41,222 bases of DNA from a phage: sequence record NC_105863.1. The stretch is one strand, 5' to 3'. This document shows positions 1-9,244 of the stretch, one piece after another. Made by a program: the position numbers and the translations under genes. Position 1 is the stretch's first letter; each line of letters opens with the position of its first letter. The notes under the pieces were generated by a model. It ran no database searches and was not told the origin of the DNA. It worked only from the letters and a program-made list of their open reading frames with translations.

Positions 1-588
1 ATGCGCTCTGATGGTCAGACGCATATGCAAGGGGATTCTATGAAGCTGAAACTCAAGCAGCCATCGCCAGAGGTGGTGCAAGCTGCACATGAAGAAGCTG
101 TTAGTGCAAACCGCCGCCGTAAACGACCGCGCGGTAAACAGAGCCTTTATCAATCATCCCGTAATTCCGCCGCGTTGTGGGACCCGGACTATTGTGACGA
201 GTTAATCCGGTTCTTCGACCGCACGTCATGGGAGGCAATGCCTACCGGGGCACACGGAGACATGAAAGCCGTTATCGCGGATAAACCCCCATCGCTGGCC
301 CGCTTCGCCTTACACATCGGCATCACTATCCCGATTATTAAGCTGTGGCTGCGCGAGGTTCCTGCATTCGCTGAAGCATGGGAAACGGCGCAGGCGCTGG
401 AAGAGGCCTATTTCACTGAGACAGGAGCCGCTGGCATCTCTGCTACGTTTGCTGCCGCTAAGCTGGGCCTTAGCAAAGAGAAACCAGTTGAATCGACCGA
501 AGAAACAGCACCTACCGAGATTATTTTCAGTGTTGCAGAGCCTGTAGGTAAAATCGTAACAACGAACATGGGCGAGGTAGAGGAATGA
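1..588 (+). CDS. putative terminase small subunit (DNA-binding packaging protein)
   Basis: ORF immediately upstream of and overlapping (ATGA) the large terminase; basic patch RRRKRPRGK. ATG at 40 (MKLKLKQ..) has a better Shine-Dalgarno (AAGGGGA at 28-34) than ATG at 1, so the true start may be 40. Confidence 0.5.
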   Translation: MRSDGQTHMQGDSMKLKLKQPSPEVVQAAHEEAVSANRRRKRPRGKQSLYQSSRNSAALWDPDYCDELIRFFDRTSWEAMPTGAHGDMKAVIADKPPSLARFALHIGITIPIIKLWLREVPAFAEAWETAQALEEAYFTETGAAGISATFAAAKLGLSKEKPVESTEETAPTEIIFSVAEPVGKIVTTNMGEVEE

Positions 589-1835
589 GTATTCAGCTAT
601 CGGCCCCTCAGGCATTGTTTCTGAATTGCGATAACAAATACAAAGCCTATGTCGGCGGTTTCGGCAGCGGCAAGACATTTGTCGGCTGCCTTGACCTGCT
701 TACGTTTATGCTCAAGCATCCAGGTACGCGCCTGGGTTACTTCGGCCCGACATACCCGGCTATCCGTGACATCTTCTACCCGACATTTGAGGAAGCGGCT
801 AACCTGCTCGGCCTTGATGTGCTGGTTAAATCTGGCGACAAAGAAGTCGTGGTTACTCGCGGTAAGACGGTGCTCGGTACAGTTATCTGCCGTTCTATGG
901 ATAACCCAGGCTCGATAGTCGGCTTCAAAATCGCTGCTGCGGTCGTGGATGAGCTTGATGTATTGAGCCGTGAGAAAGCTGAGCTGGCGTGGAACAAAAT
1001 AGTCGCCCGTATGCGTCTGGTTATCCCCGGCGTAACTAACCACATCTCTGTCACCACGACACCGGAAGGGTTCAAGTTCGTCTACGCCAAGTTCAAAGAG
1101 AACCCGACGCCGAGTTACTCGATGGTGCAGGCATCCACACACGAGAATGCGCGGTTCCTGCCACCGGATTACATCAGCTCGCTGACCGAGACTTATCCGG
1201 CGCAGTTGATTAACGCGTATCTGAATGGTGAGTTCGTCAACCTTACCTCCGGCAGCGTGTATTACGCATATGACCGCCGTAAGCACCGCAGCAAAGAGGT
1301 AATTCAACCGGGCGACACGTTGTACATCGGGCAGGACTTCAACGTTACGAAGAACGCAAGCGCCGTGTATGTGCAACGTAAAGACGGCTGGCACGCGGTG
1401 GCAGAACTGAAAGGTCTGTTTGATACGCCGGACACCGTGCGTGTAATTACTGAGAAGTGGAAGTCGCAGGGCCACCGCATAGTCGTTTACCCGGACGCCA
1501 GCGGCAAGAACCGCAAGACCAACTCGGCGTCAATCTCAGATATTGCGTTACTCCAGCAGGCCGGTTTCGATGTTCGCGCTAAATCCGCCAACCCTCCGGT
1601 TAAAGACCGTGTTTTAGCCGTGAATACCGCACTGGAAAAAGGTAAGCTGTGGGTTAATGACCACTTATGCCCCGAGATAGCAAAGACGCTGGAACAGCAG
1701 GCATACGACGACAACGGAGAGCCAGCTAAAGACGGCATCATTGACCATATGGCGGATGCTCTCGGCTATCCTGTAGTTTACGAGATGCCGGTGGTTAAAC
1801 CAGTAATCAACATCCCGGTGACTTTCGCACTTTAA
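585..1835 (+). CDS. terminase large subunit
   Basis: N-terminal Walker A-like YVGGFGSGKTF; 416 aa; RBS GAGGTAGAGGA upstream; followed directly by portal-sized ORF. Confidence 0.85.
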   Translation: MSIQLSAPQALFLNCDNKYKAYVGGFGSGKTFVGCLDLLTFMLKHPGTRLGYFGPTYPAIRDIFYPTFEEAANLLGLDVLVKSGDKEVVVTRGKTVLGTVICRSMDNPGSIVGFKIAAAVVDELDVLSREKAELAWNKIVARMRLVIPGVTNHISVTTTPEGFKFVYAKFKENPTPSYSMVQASTHENARFLPPDYISSLTETYPAQLINAYLNGEFVNLTSGSVYYAYDRRKHRSKEVIQPGDTLYIGQDFNVTKNASAVYVQRKDGWHAVAELKGLFDTPDTVRVITEKWKSQGHRIVVYPDASGKNRKTNSASISDIALLQQAGFDVRAKSANPPVKDRVLAVNTALEKGKLWVNDHLCPEIAKTLEQQAYDDNGEPAKDGIIDHMADALGYPVVYEMPVVKPVINIPVTFAL

Positions 1836-1846
1836 GAGGACAACAA

Positions 1847-3340
1847 ATGGTTTCCGCAAACATTAACGCAGGGCAAGGGCAGAACGTTAAAACCCGCCAC
1901 CGCCAGTACGAAGAGTATTTCCCTAAGTGGCAGAAGGTGCGACATGCGCTTTCTGGCGACCTGACATCGTATCTACGTGACGTCAGTAAGAACGAGCCGG
2001 ACCCGGTTTACGGTCGCCAGCGTCAGGCTGAATACGAAGCGGGGGCAATTTGCTACAACTTCACCAAGCGAACGCTTTCAGGCATGGTCGGCAGCGTAAT
2101 GCGCAAAGACCCCGAGATGATTATTCCGTCTCAGATGGAATACCTGACCACTAACTGTGACGGGTCGGGCGTTGGCCTGTGGCAGCACGCACAGGATACT
2201 CTGTATGAGATTGATGCTGTTGGTCGCGGTGGTTTGCTGGTTGACGCCCCCGCGGTAGAAGTAGCTACCATGGCAGAGCAAAACGAGGGTTTACTAAACC
2301 CAACAATCGCTTTCTACACCGCAGAGAATATCATCAACTGGCGTCTCCAGCGCGTCGGGTCTGTTAATCGTGTGGTTATGGTTGTATTGCGTGAGGAATA
2401 CGAGTACACCGATGGCGCGGATGAGTTCAGCCCCAACTACGGCGAGCAATACCGCGTCCTTGATATTTTCGAAGGCCAGTATCGCCAGCGTCTGTACCGC
2501 TTTAACCAGAAAGGTGCACTGATGGAAGGTGGCTATATCGAAATATTCCCGAAACTCGGTAATATTCCGGTCGGGGTGATTCCGTTCACATTCATTGGTG
2601 CAGGGAATAACGACTCAACCCCTGACGATGCACCTTTGCTGCCGTTGGCTGAACTTAATATCGGGCACTTCCGCAACAGCGCGGACAATGAGGAGTCCAG
2701 CTTCGTCGTAGGCCAGCCTACTCTGTTCATCGCCCCCGGTGAGAACATGAGCATGGGACAATGGAAAGAAGCCAACCCTCACGGAGTGCGTATGGGGTCA
2801 CGTTCCGGCCATAACATCGGTTACGGCGGCAATGCGTTTCTGGTCCAGGCCGGTGAGAACAACCTAGCCAAGCAGAACATGTTGGATAAAGAGAACCAGG
2901 CAATCCAGATTGGTGCACAGCTTATTACCCCGACGCAGCAAATCACCGCGGAATCGGCACGCCTGCAACGTGGTGCCGACACGTCCGTTATGGCGACAAT
3001 TGCACGTAACGTAAGCATGGCGTATACCGATGCGCTGAAGTGGGTTGCTGGTATGCTTGGGCTTAGTGACGGCACTGAAATTGAGTTCAAACTTAACATG
3101 GAGTTCTTCCTGCAACCAATGACCGCCCAGGACCGCGCTCAGTGGATGGCGGATATTAACGCGGGCCTGTTACCGGCTACCGCTTACTATGCTGCGTTGC
3201 GTAAGGCGGGGGTAACTGACTGGACAGACGAGGACATTCAGAACGCTATCGAGGATGCGCCGCTGCCGTTAGGTGCTGTTACTCAGGTGGCGGGGGAGAT
3301 TCCGCAGTCGGCGCAGCAACAGGACACCACTCAGCCGTAA
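1847..3340 (+). CDS. portal protein
   Basis: 497-aa ORF directly after large terminase with RBS AAGAGGA; assignment by conserved order and size, not by motif. Confidence 0.7.
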   Translation: MVSANINAGQGQNVKTRHRQYEEYFPKWQKVRHALSGDLTSYLRDVSKNEPDPVYGRQRQAEYEAGAICYNFTKRTLSGMVGSVMRKDPEMIIPSQMEYLTTNCDGSGVGLWQHAQDTLYEIDAVGRGGLLVDAPAVEVATMAEQNEGLLNPTIAFYTAENIINWRLQRVGSVNRVVMVVLREEYEYTDGADEFSPNYGEQYRVLDIFEGQYRQRLYRFNQKGALMEGGYIEIFPKLGNIPVGVIPFTFIGAGNNDSTPDDAPLLPLAELNIGHFRNSADNEESSFVVGQPTLFIAPGENMSMGQWKEANPHGVRMGSRSGHNIGYGGNAFLVQAGENNLAKQNMLDKENQAIQIGAQLITPTQQITAESARLQRGADTSVMATIARNVSMAYTDALKWVAGMLGLSDGTEIEFKLNMEFFLQPMTAQDRAQWMADINAGLLPATAYYAALRKAGVTDWTDEDIQNAIEDAPLPLGAVTQVAGEIPQSAQQQDTTQP

Positions 3341-3350
3341 GTTCACATAT

Positions 3351-3371
3351 AGCCCCGAAAGGGGCTTTCTT
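3351..3371 (+). terminator. rho-independent terminator-like hairpin (GCCCCGAAAGGGGC + T-run)
   Basis: Perfect 5-bp GC stem with GAAA loop followed by TTTCTT; same hairpin sequence recurs at 4921-4940. Confidence 0.5.
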
Positions 3372-3376
3372 ATAGT

Positions 3377-4453
3377 ATGCTATTAACTTTAGTACCACAG
3401 GGTTTAACTATGAGCTTACTTACATCCCTCATCAGCCATCAGATATGGCTGCAACGCACCGCATCCGGTGAGGTGAAAGACCTCGCACCGTTCATTCAGG
3501 AGATGCGGGATGAAATCAAACGGCAGGTGCTGTTATTCGGCGACGACGGGCGAAGCACTGCGCGGCTGAATAAACTGTTACGGGACCTTGAAGAAGCACT
3601 GACAGGGATTACAGGTGACTGGCAAACAAAGCTGACAGAAGACCTCAAGGAACTGGCGGCGTATGAGGCTGAGTGGAACGTAAAGACACTGACCGCCAAC
3701 GTAGCTGCGGAATTTGTTACGCCTACCGCTGAACAGGTGTGGGCTGCTGCCGAGTTTCAACCGTTATCGTTGAGCGACAAGCCTGTTGACTTCACTAAGC
3801 TGATGTCAGGTTGGGGTGAAACGGAAGTAGCACGTCTTGTAACCGGCGTTAAGATGGGCTTTGTACAAGGTCAAACAACACGGCAGATTGTTAAGAATGT
3901 AGTAGGCGCCGGTGGGCGGGCTGACATCTCTGAGCGTAACGCCGCTACCGTCATCCGCACCGCGCTGTCTCACGTGTCCAACGAAGCCCGTAACGAGACG
4001 TACCGCCAGAACGACGACATCATCGAGAAGTACGAGTGGGTGTCAACGCTTGACAGCCGCACCAGTACGATTTGCAGGGTCAGAGACGGGATGACGTGGG
4101 AAATTGGTAAGGGGCCGATGCCCCCTGCCCATCCGAACTGCCGGTCGTGCACGGCTCCGGTAATCAGTTCCGAGTTCGACTTCCTCGATAAAGGCGCAAA
4201 ACGCGCGGCTAAAGGCGCGGAAGGTGGCACTCAGGTAAGCGTAGACACCACTTACTACGAGTTCCTTAAACAACAACCGGCGTGGTTTCAGGACCAGGCG
4301 CTTGGTCCTGTTCGCGGTAAGATTTTCCGCAACAGCGGTATATCACCGGAAGAGTTTCGCGTAATATCTGTAGATGGTTTCGGGAATCCGCTCACGCTTA
4401 AGCAGATGGCGGAACTCGATAAACGTGTTGCTGATTATCTGAAAGGGGAATAA
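3377..4453 (+). CDS. head morphogenesis protein (minor head protein, Mu F / SPP1 gp7-like position)
   Basis: 358-aa ORF after portal; C-terminal Cys/His cluster (CRVRDG..HPNCRSC); alternative start ATG 3410. Product by synteny. Confidence 0.55.
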   Translation: MLLTLVPQGLTMSLLTSLISHQIWLQRTASGEVKDLAPFIQEMRDEIKRQVLLFGDDGRSTARLNKLLRDLEEALTGITGDWQTKLTEDLKELAAYEAEWNVKTLTANVAAEFVTPTAEQVWAAAEFQPLSLSDKPVDFTKLMSGWGETEVARLVTGVKMGFVQGQTTRQIVKNVVGAGGRADISERNAATVIRTALSHVSNEARNETYRQNDDIIEKYEWVSTLDSRTSTICRVRDGMTWEIGKGPMPPAHPNCRSCTAPVISSEFDFLDKGAKRAAKGAEGGTQVSVDTTYYEFLKQQPAWFQDQALGPVRGKIFRNSGISPEEFRVISVDGFGNPLTLKQMAELDKRVADYLKGE

Positions 4454-4914
4454 TGATGGGCTTTTTCAAAGTAACTGACGTACCGTCTCGTCGCGTAGTC
4501 CAGTACGCCCGCGTGTCTGGCTCTGGCGAGAACGTGGTGTTTATTGAAGACGAAAGTGTACTCGGAACACCAGTGGACGATATGCCGTTTGCGGACAAGA
4601 CCGGTATTGCGCTGCCAGCGGCAGGTATGCTTTACGAGATTCCGTACCTGGCGGATGCTGGTGATGTGTATTTCTCCGTACAACCGCAGGACGCTGAACT
4701 GGCAGACGGCAGCGCAAATATCGCTGTCGAAGTTAAGGCGGGCAAAGCACCATATGCGCTGACCTGGTACAAAGACGGGAAGGAAGTGGTAAACGCCCCG
4801 GAAGAGGCTCTGTCTCTGACGGTTAACGCAGTTGGTGAATACTTCGTTAAAGTCACTGATGCCGATGGTATAGAGGCCGTAAGTAAAGCAGCGAAGGTTA
4901 CTAAGCCAGAATAA
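4453..4914 (+). CDS. Ig-like domain protein (possible head decoration/accessory protein)
   Basis: 153 aa; C-terminal segment YALTWYKDGKEV..GEYFVKVTDADG resembles an Ig-like (I-set/Big) beta-sandwich signature; ATGATG overlap with upstream stop. Confidence 0.4.
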   Translation: MMGFFKVTDVPSRRVVQYARVSGSGENVVFIEDESVLGTPVDDMPFADKTGIALPAAGMLYEIPYLADAGDVYFSVQPQDAELADGSANIAVEVKAGKAPYALTWYKDGKEVVNAPEEALSLTVNAVGEYFVKVTDADGIEAVSKAAKVTKPE

Positions 4915-4918
4915 ACTG

Positions 4919-4941
4919 AAGCCCCGAAAGGGGCTTTTTAG
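4919..4941 (+). terminator. rho-independent terminator (GCCCCGAAAGGGGC + TTTTTA)
   Basis: GC-rich hairpin immediately after stop of 4453-4914 ORF followed by T-run. Confidence 0.6.
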
Positions 4942-4989
4942 TGCCTGTGATTATTCCAGTTATTCCACTCAATTGTAAATGTTGTAATA

Positions 4990-5005
4990 AACTATTCGAA
5001 TAGTT
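4990..5005. promoter_or_regulatory. perfect 16-bp palindrome AACTATTCGAATAGTT abutting a -35 element (candidate operator)
   Basis: Sequence equals its own reverse complement; half-site AACTAT/ATAGTT recurs at early promoters (26455, 30162, 32269). Confidence 0.4.
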
Positions 5006-5032
5006 GACTTTTCACCAAAAATGTGCTAAGCT
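5004..5032 (+). promoter_or_regulatory. sigma70-like promoter (TTGACT -17- TAAGCT with extended -10 TG)
   Basis: -35 TTGACT 5004-5009, 17-bp spacer, TGcTAAGCT at 5024-5032; located in 340-bp noncoding gap upstream of spanin genes. Confidence 0.45.
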
Positions 5033-5256
5033 CCACCTGAGCTTGTGAAGTATGAACAAGCGACCGCGGCGCGGGCAGGTAACGGAGCGGGACGTAAGTC
5101 CTGAGTGTAGTTACGCTGACGCGTTCGGAAGGGCCATACTCTATTGCTTGTGTAAAAAGTAACTGGTTTACTGAGATTACGCCGTTTCTATGTTTAAATG
5201 ATAAGGTCTAGCGCCCCGCTTTAAGGCGGGGCTTTACTTATCGAGAAAGGGGAAAC

Positions 5257-5643
5257 ATGAATCTTAAAGCAACTGTCGTAGCGGGAGCATGTTTCATCAT
5301 CCTGGCTTACGCACACGGCATCTACCAGTATCGCAGCGGCTGGAACGGAGGCCGGGCGAATCTCGTTTCGCAGCAACAGCAGAAAGCACAGGCTGAGTTA
5401 GCTAAGAAAACACAACGGCAGCAGCAGGATGAATCGAAGGCCGCCGCCGCTGATAACGAAGGCAAGACGAAATCAGAGGTAATCACCCGTGAAGTCGTTA
5501 AGTACATTAAAACGCCTGGCCGCAGTGTGTGCACTTTTGACCCTGAGCGCGTGCAGCTCAAGTCCCGCGCCGTCGCAAACGCCAATTCCATCCCCGGATA
5601 CGACGATGATGCAGCCGCCGTGCAAACTGGCACTGCCAAGTAA
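5257..5643 (+). CDS. i-spanin (Rz-like inner-membrane spanin subunit)
   Basis: 128 aa; N-terminal TM helix (VVAGACFIILAYAHGIY) followed by Gln/Ala/Lys-rich predicted coiled coil; RBS AGAAAGGGGA; overlaps a lipoprotein ORF in another frame. Confidence 0.65.
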   Translation: MNLKATVVAGACFIILAYAHGIYQYRSGWNGGRANLVSQQQQKAQAELAKKTQRQQQDESKAAAADNEGKTKSEVITREVVKYIKTPGRSVCTFDPERVQLKSRAVANANSIPGYDDDAAAVQTGTAK

Positions 5644-5752
5644 CGACGCGGACGAGGATTTAGCTATTGACGTCCAGAACACAGAATGTGTACGGCAACT
5701 GAGACTTAAAGTGTTCATGTTGCGGGATTACGTGAGGAATATTCTGGAATAG
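5489..5752 (+). CDS. o-spanin (Rz1-like outer-membrane lipoprotein)
   Basis: 87 aa; GTG start with RBS AGAGG; signal peptide ending in lipobox LTLSAC; Pro-rich mature part (SSSPAPSQTPIPSPDTT) with Cys residues; starts inside i-spanin gene in +1 frame and extends past its stop. Confidence 0.7.
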   Translation: MKSLSTLKRLAAVCALLTLSACSSSPAPSQTPIPSPDTTMMQPPCKLALPSNDADEDLAIDVQNTECVRQLRLKVFMLRDYVRNILE

Positions 5753-5831
5753 TTGCCTTGTATGTTGGAATAATTTATTCTTGACATGTAAATCCGGGTG
5801 GCCCGGATTCCAACGTCCAGGGGACATACTG

Positions 5832-6458
5832 ATGAGCGAAGAAGTGAAAGACGAAACTATCGAACAACAAGAGACTAAGACCACGTTTACCAAAGAAGAA
5901 GTTGACGCGCTGGTATCCGGTCTTAAAGCTAACAACGAGAAACTCTTGTCTGAAAAGAAAGCTGCCGCCGCTGCCGCGAAAGAAGCCGCAGATGCGAAGC
6001 TGAAAGCCGAACAGGAACGCGCAAAACAGAACGGCGAACTTGAGGCATTCGAGAAAACGTTGCGCAGTCAGTATGAGCCAGTACTCGCCGATAAAGACGG
6101 TAAGATTAGCAAAATGGCTGAGCGTATCCTCGGCGCGGAACGTAAATCAGTTATCAGCCAGTTGTCTGGAATGTTGATTGATGAGAGCGCAGCGGATATT
6201 ATCGCTATGATGGTCAAGACCGAATTTGACGGCGATGACGTTGTGACCAAGTTCACAGGTGCAGACGGTAATGTCATCACCACCGACGCAGAGCAATTTA
6301 AAAAGTATCTGCGTGAGCACAAAGCATTTTCGCATCTGATTAAAGCAGATGCAGCAACCGGCGGCGGGGCTTCCGGTAACAAAAATTCTACTGGCGGGGC
6401 CGGTGGTGCGGACGTAATCCAGCAAAAACTTAACGCCAAATACGGCAAACGAGGATAA
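5832..6458 (+). CDS. scaffolding protein
   Basis: Ala/Glu/Lys-rich, predicted coiled-coil ORF directly upstream of major capsid gene; likely start ATG 5832 (MSEEVKDE) with RBS; ORF track start 5781. Confidence 0.55.
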   Translation: MSEEVKDETIEQQETKTTFTKEEVDALVSGLKANNEKLLSEKKAAAAAAKEAADAKLKAEQERAKQNGELEAFEKTLRSQYEPVLADKDGKISKMAERILGAERKSVISQLSGMLIDESAADIIAMMVKTEFDGDDVVTKFTGADGNVITTDAEQFKKYLREHKAFSHLIKADAATGGGASGNKNSTGGAGGADVIQQKLNAKYGKRG

Positions 6459-6464
6459 CAGAAT

Positions 6465-7433
6465 ATGTCTCTGTCAGATATGAAGGTTTATAACGACGAT
6501 ATCGTCGGTACCACTATCGAACTGCTTGGTCAGAAAACTGACCAGTTTAACGCAGCCTCCGGTGGTGCAATTGTACTGTCTACCGCTTCATGGCGCGGTG
6601 ACTTCTCCCGTGAGTCTTTCTTTAACCAGATTGCCTCCGCTAAACGCCGCGTTGACCGTTACGCCGCTATCGCGTCTCAGGCAGCTACCGCGCTGACTCA
6701 GGGCGAGCATGTAGGCGTTAAAGTCGCTGGCGGCTTCGGACCGGTACTGTTCGAGCCTGCGCAAATGACTTGGCTTAACGAAGACCCGGCAAGCGCGATT
6801 CGTGCTATTTCCGAAGGCTTCTCTGACGCACTGTTAGCGGACCAGCTCAACACCGCTGTTGGCGCAGCTGTTGCTGCGGTATCTGGTCAGGCCGCGCTGG
6901 TTAACGACGTATCTGCAACCGCTGGCTTGTCCCTGAACGTGCTGAACAACAGCCACGCTAAATTCGGCGACCAGTCTCAGCTGCTGATTACCGACATCAT
7001 GACTGGTGCTGCTTATCACACGCTGGTAGATAAAGCGCTGACTAACGCAAACCAGCTGTTCGTTGCCGGTAACGTTATGGTTGTCGATGTTCTCGGCAAG
7101 CGTTACGTAATCTCTGACATTCCTGCGCTGTACGGGGCCGGTACTCCGAACAAGACTAAGGTCCTGTCCGTAGTTGCAAACGGCATCATCGTTGATAATG
7201 CTTCTGATATTATCAGCAACATTGATACCAGCAACGGTAACACCCGCATCCAGACCACCTGGCAGGCGGATTACAGCTTCGGCCTGAAACTGAAAGGCTA
7301 TAGCTGGGATGTCGCCAACGGCGGTAAATCTCCGCTGGACGCAGAACTGTTCACCGCGACCAACTGGGACAAAGCTGTTGCCGAGAACAAGCACACCCTC
7401 GGTACTCTGGCAATCGCCGACGCGGACAAGTAA
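6465..7433 (+). CDS. major capsid protein
   Basis: 322-aa ORF after scaffold, RBS GAGGA, followed by strong terminator at 7452-7474; assignment by synteny and size. Confidence 0.65.
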   Translation: MSLSDMKVYNDDIVGTTIELLGQKTDQFNAASGGAIVLSTASWRGDFSRESFFNQIASAKRRVDRYAAIASQAATALTQGEHVGVKVAGGFGPVLFEPAQMTWLNEDPASAIRAISEGFSDALLADQLNTAVGAAVAAVSGQAALVNDVSATAGLSLNVLNNSHAKFGDQSQLLITDIMTGAAYHTLVDKALTNANQLFVAGNVMVVDVLGKRYVISDIPALYGAGTPNKTKVLSVVANGIIVDNASDIISNIDTSNGNTRIQTTWQADYSFGLKLKGYSWDVANGGKSPLDAELFTATNWDKAVAENKHTLGTLAIADADK

Positions 7434-7451
7434 TACGGTTGGAGTAAAAAC

Positions 7452-7474
7452 AAAGGGGCTACGGCCCCTTTTTA
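7452..7474 (+). terminator. rho-independent terminator (AAAGGGGC-TACG-GCCCCTTTTT)
   Basis: Hairpin plus T-run immediately after major capsid stop codon. Confidence 0.7.
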
Positions 7475-7489
7475 CTAGGAGAAATTAAA

Positions 7490-7657
7490 GTGGAAATTAA
7501 ATACGTACCAATGCCAATTACCGTTGAGCAGAAGCGAGAATATAACCGTCAGGGGTTCCGTGTGGTAGATGCTCGTTTCGCGCCAGAAGGTGCCGTGGTA
7601 GAATCGACTAAAGAAGAGACACCACGCCGCCAGCGCCGGGCGAAATCAGAGGAATAA
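7490..7657 (+). CDS. small hypothetical protein (55 aa, GTG start)
   Basis: ORF below 60-aa cutoff; RBS AGGAG 8 nt upstream of GTG 7490; ends 3 nt before next gene start; basic C-terminus (PRRQRRAKSEE). Confidence 0.3.
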   Translation: MEIKYVPMPITVEQKREYNRQGFRVVDARFAPEGAVVESTKEETPRRQRRAKSEE

Positions 7658-7660
7658 TTT

Positions 7661-8173
7661 ATGCCGCTAATCGTGGAAGACGGGTCGATAGTACCTAACG
7701 CTGACAGTTACGTTAGTCTGGCTGACGCCCGCGCGTTAGCGGCTAATTACGGTCTTGGGTTACCGGCAGACGATACCGCCGCAGAGGTGGCCCTGCGCAA
7801 CGGCGCTACTTATGTTGGGCTTGCGGAACCTCAGATGTGCGGGCGTCGCGTATCCGCTGAACAGTCTCTGGCGTACCCACGTACAGGAACAACACTAAAC
7901 GGCTTCACCGTAGCGGATAATGTTATCCCGTCGCAGTTAATCCGGGCACAAGTAATCGCTGCGATTACGTATGGTGCGGGTACTGATGTTCGGGCTAACT
8001 CAGATGGGCGTTCCGTGCAGACTGAGCGTGTTGAGGGTGCGGTAACAGTGACCTACTTCAACAACGGCAGCAGTGGTGCTACGACCGCGATTACCGCTGC
8101 GGACGACGCCTTACGCCCGTTACTGTGTGGTGGTCTTAACAATGGCTTCTCGTTTAATGTGTACCGGGGTTAA
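7661..8173 (+). CDS. virion structural protein (head-tail joining region)
   Basis: 170-aa ORF in head-tail connector block between capsid and tail genes; no diagnostic motif recognised. Confidence 0.35.
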   Translation: MPLIVEDGSIVPNADSYVSLADARALAANYGLGLPADDTAAEVALRNGATYVGLAEPQMCGRRVSAEQSLAYPRTGTTLNGFTVADNVIPSQLIRAQVIAAITYGAGTDVRANSDGRSVQTERVEGAVTVTYFNNGSSGATTAITAADDALRPLLCGGLNNGFSFNVYRG

Positions 8174-8175
8174 AA

Positions 8176-8790
8176 ATGGCGAAGACTAAATCTGAGATAT
8201 TTACCCTTATAGGGCAGGAGTTACCCGACAACACGACGGGGCTTATCACTCCGGCCAAGCTGCGCGGTGTTCTTACGCAGAGGGCTGACTCACCTATTTA
8301 CGCCACTCCTGGCGTTAAAGAGGTTGAAGTTCTCCGTGCCGCGTCCACTGTAATACAAGCACCATCCGCAGTGGGCACAGCATTGCAGTTAACTTTCGGT
8401 CCCGCGCATGGTAGCGCATCTGACCCGGTAATGATTAATGCAGCGGGTCTGGTTACGTTCAACACTGCGGGCAACTACACCGTTCGCATCAAGTTACAGG
8501 CGGGGCGCACTGGAGCGAGCGGGACGTCCGTCCTGTTATCGCGCATTCTTCTTAACGGCGCACAGTACGGCTCGCCAGCAGCTACTAAACTGGTAAGTGC
8601 TGATACTACAATCCCGATTGAATCTCGCGTCGTTATTAACACAACCGCAGGCCAGACGTTTGCCGTTCAGATTATGCGGGATAGTGCCGGGACCAACTTC
8701 GGCGGCGTATATCCGCAAGTTGCTACCGTAACCGCATGGGGTACAGCACCATCCGCATTACTGGTTATTTCGAGACTGGAGGCCGCCTGA
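8176..8790 (+). CDS. virion structural protein, function unknown
   Basis: 204-aa ORF, Thr/Ala/Gly-rich, tightly packed in structural block. Confidence 0.35.
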   Translation: MAKTKSEIFTLIGQELPDNTTGLITPAKLRGVLTQRADSPIYATPGVKEVEVLRAASTVIQAPSAVGTALQLTFGPAHGSASDPVMINAAGLVTFNTAGNYTVRIKLQAGRTGASGTSVLLSRILLNGAQYGSPAATKLVSADTTIPIESRVVINTTAGQTFAVQIMRDSAGTNFGGVYPQVATVTAWGTAPSALLVISRLEAA

Positions 8791-8884
8791 TGAATAAGTT
8801 CACATGTGGTGTAGTTTTTGGTTTTCTTACCGCGGTAGTCTTGCACAGTTACGGTGTTCTTTTGACGCTGCAAGAGGTGCTAAA

Positions 8885-9244
8885 ATGAGCGCCGCTTTCA
8901 GTAAACGTATGCAAGGCGTGGGTACGCGCCTGCTAACCAAATTCGGTAGCACGGTATCTCTGATTCGCGCTGGTTCAAAAGTATGGGATGAAGTTCTCGG
9001 TGAGTACGTCTGGTCTGCGGATGAAGTGTTGCCGTTGAAGGCCGTTCCGGTTCCGGTAAACGCGGGACTGGTAAACGGTACGACGATTCAGGCTGGCGAC
9101 ATGATTGTTAAAGCCGATTACAACGTCGTTCCGAAGATGGAAGACAAGGTGCAATTCGGCGGCGAGCAATGGTCCATCGTAGCTATTGAGAAGAAGATGG
9201 TTAACGATGACGTCGTGGCGTACTTTATTCAGGTGAGAAAATGA
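8885..9244 (+). CDS. head-tail joining / head closure protein (putative)
   Basis: Start ATG 8885 with RBS AGAGGTG (ORF track 8804); ATGA overlap with next gene. Confidence 0.35.
   Translation: MSAAFSKRMQGVGTRLLTKFGSTVSLIRAGSKVWDEVLGEYVWSADEVLPLKAVPVPVNAGLVNGTTIQAGDMIVKADYNVVPKMEDKVQFGGEQWSIVAIEKKMVNDDVVAYFIQVRK

Noticed and set aside
597-1475. 292-aa minus-strand ORF inside the large terminase gene
   Set aside because: Antisense to a well-supported gene with a Walker A motif; no RBS or promoter context; typical shadow ORF.
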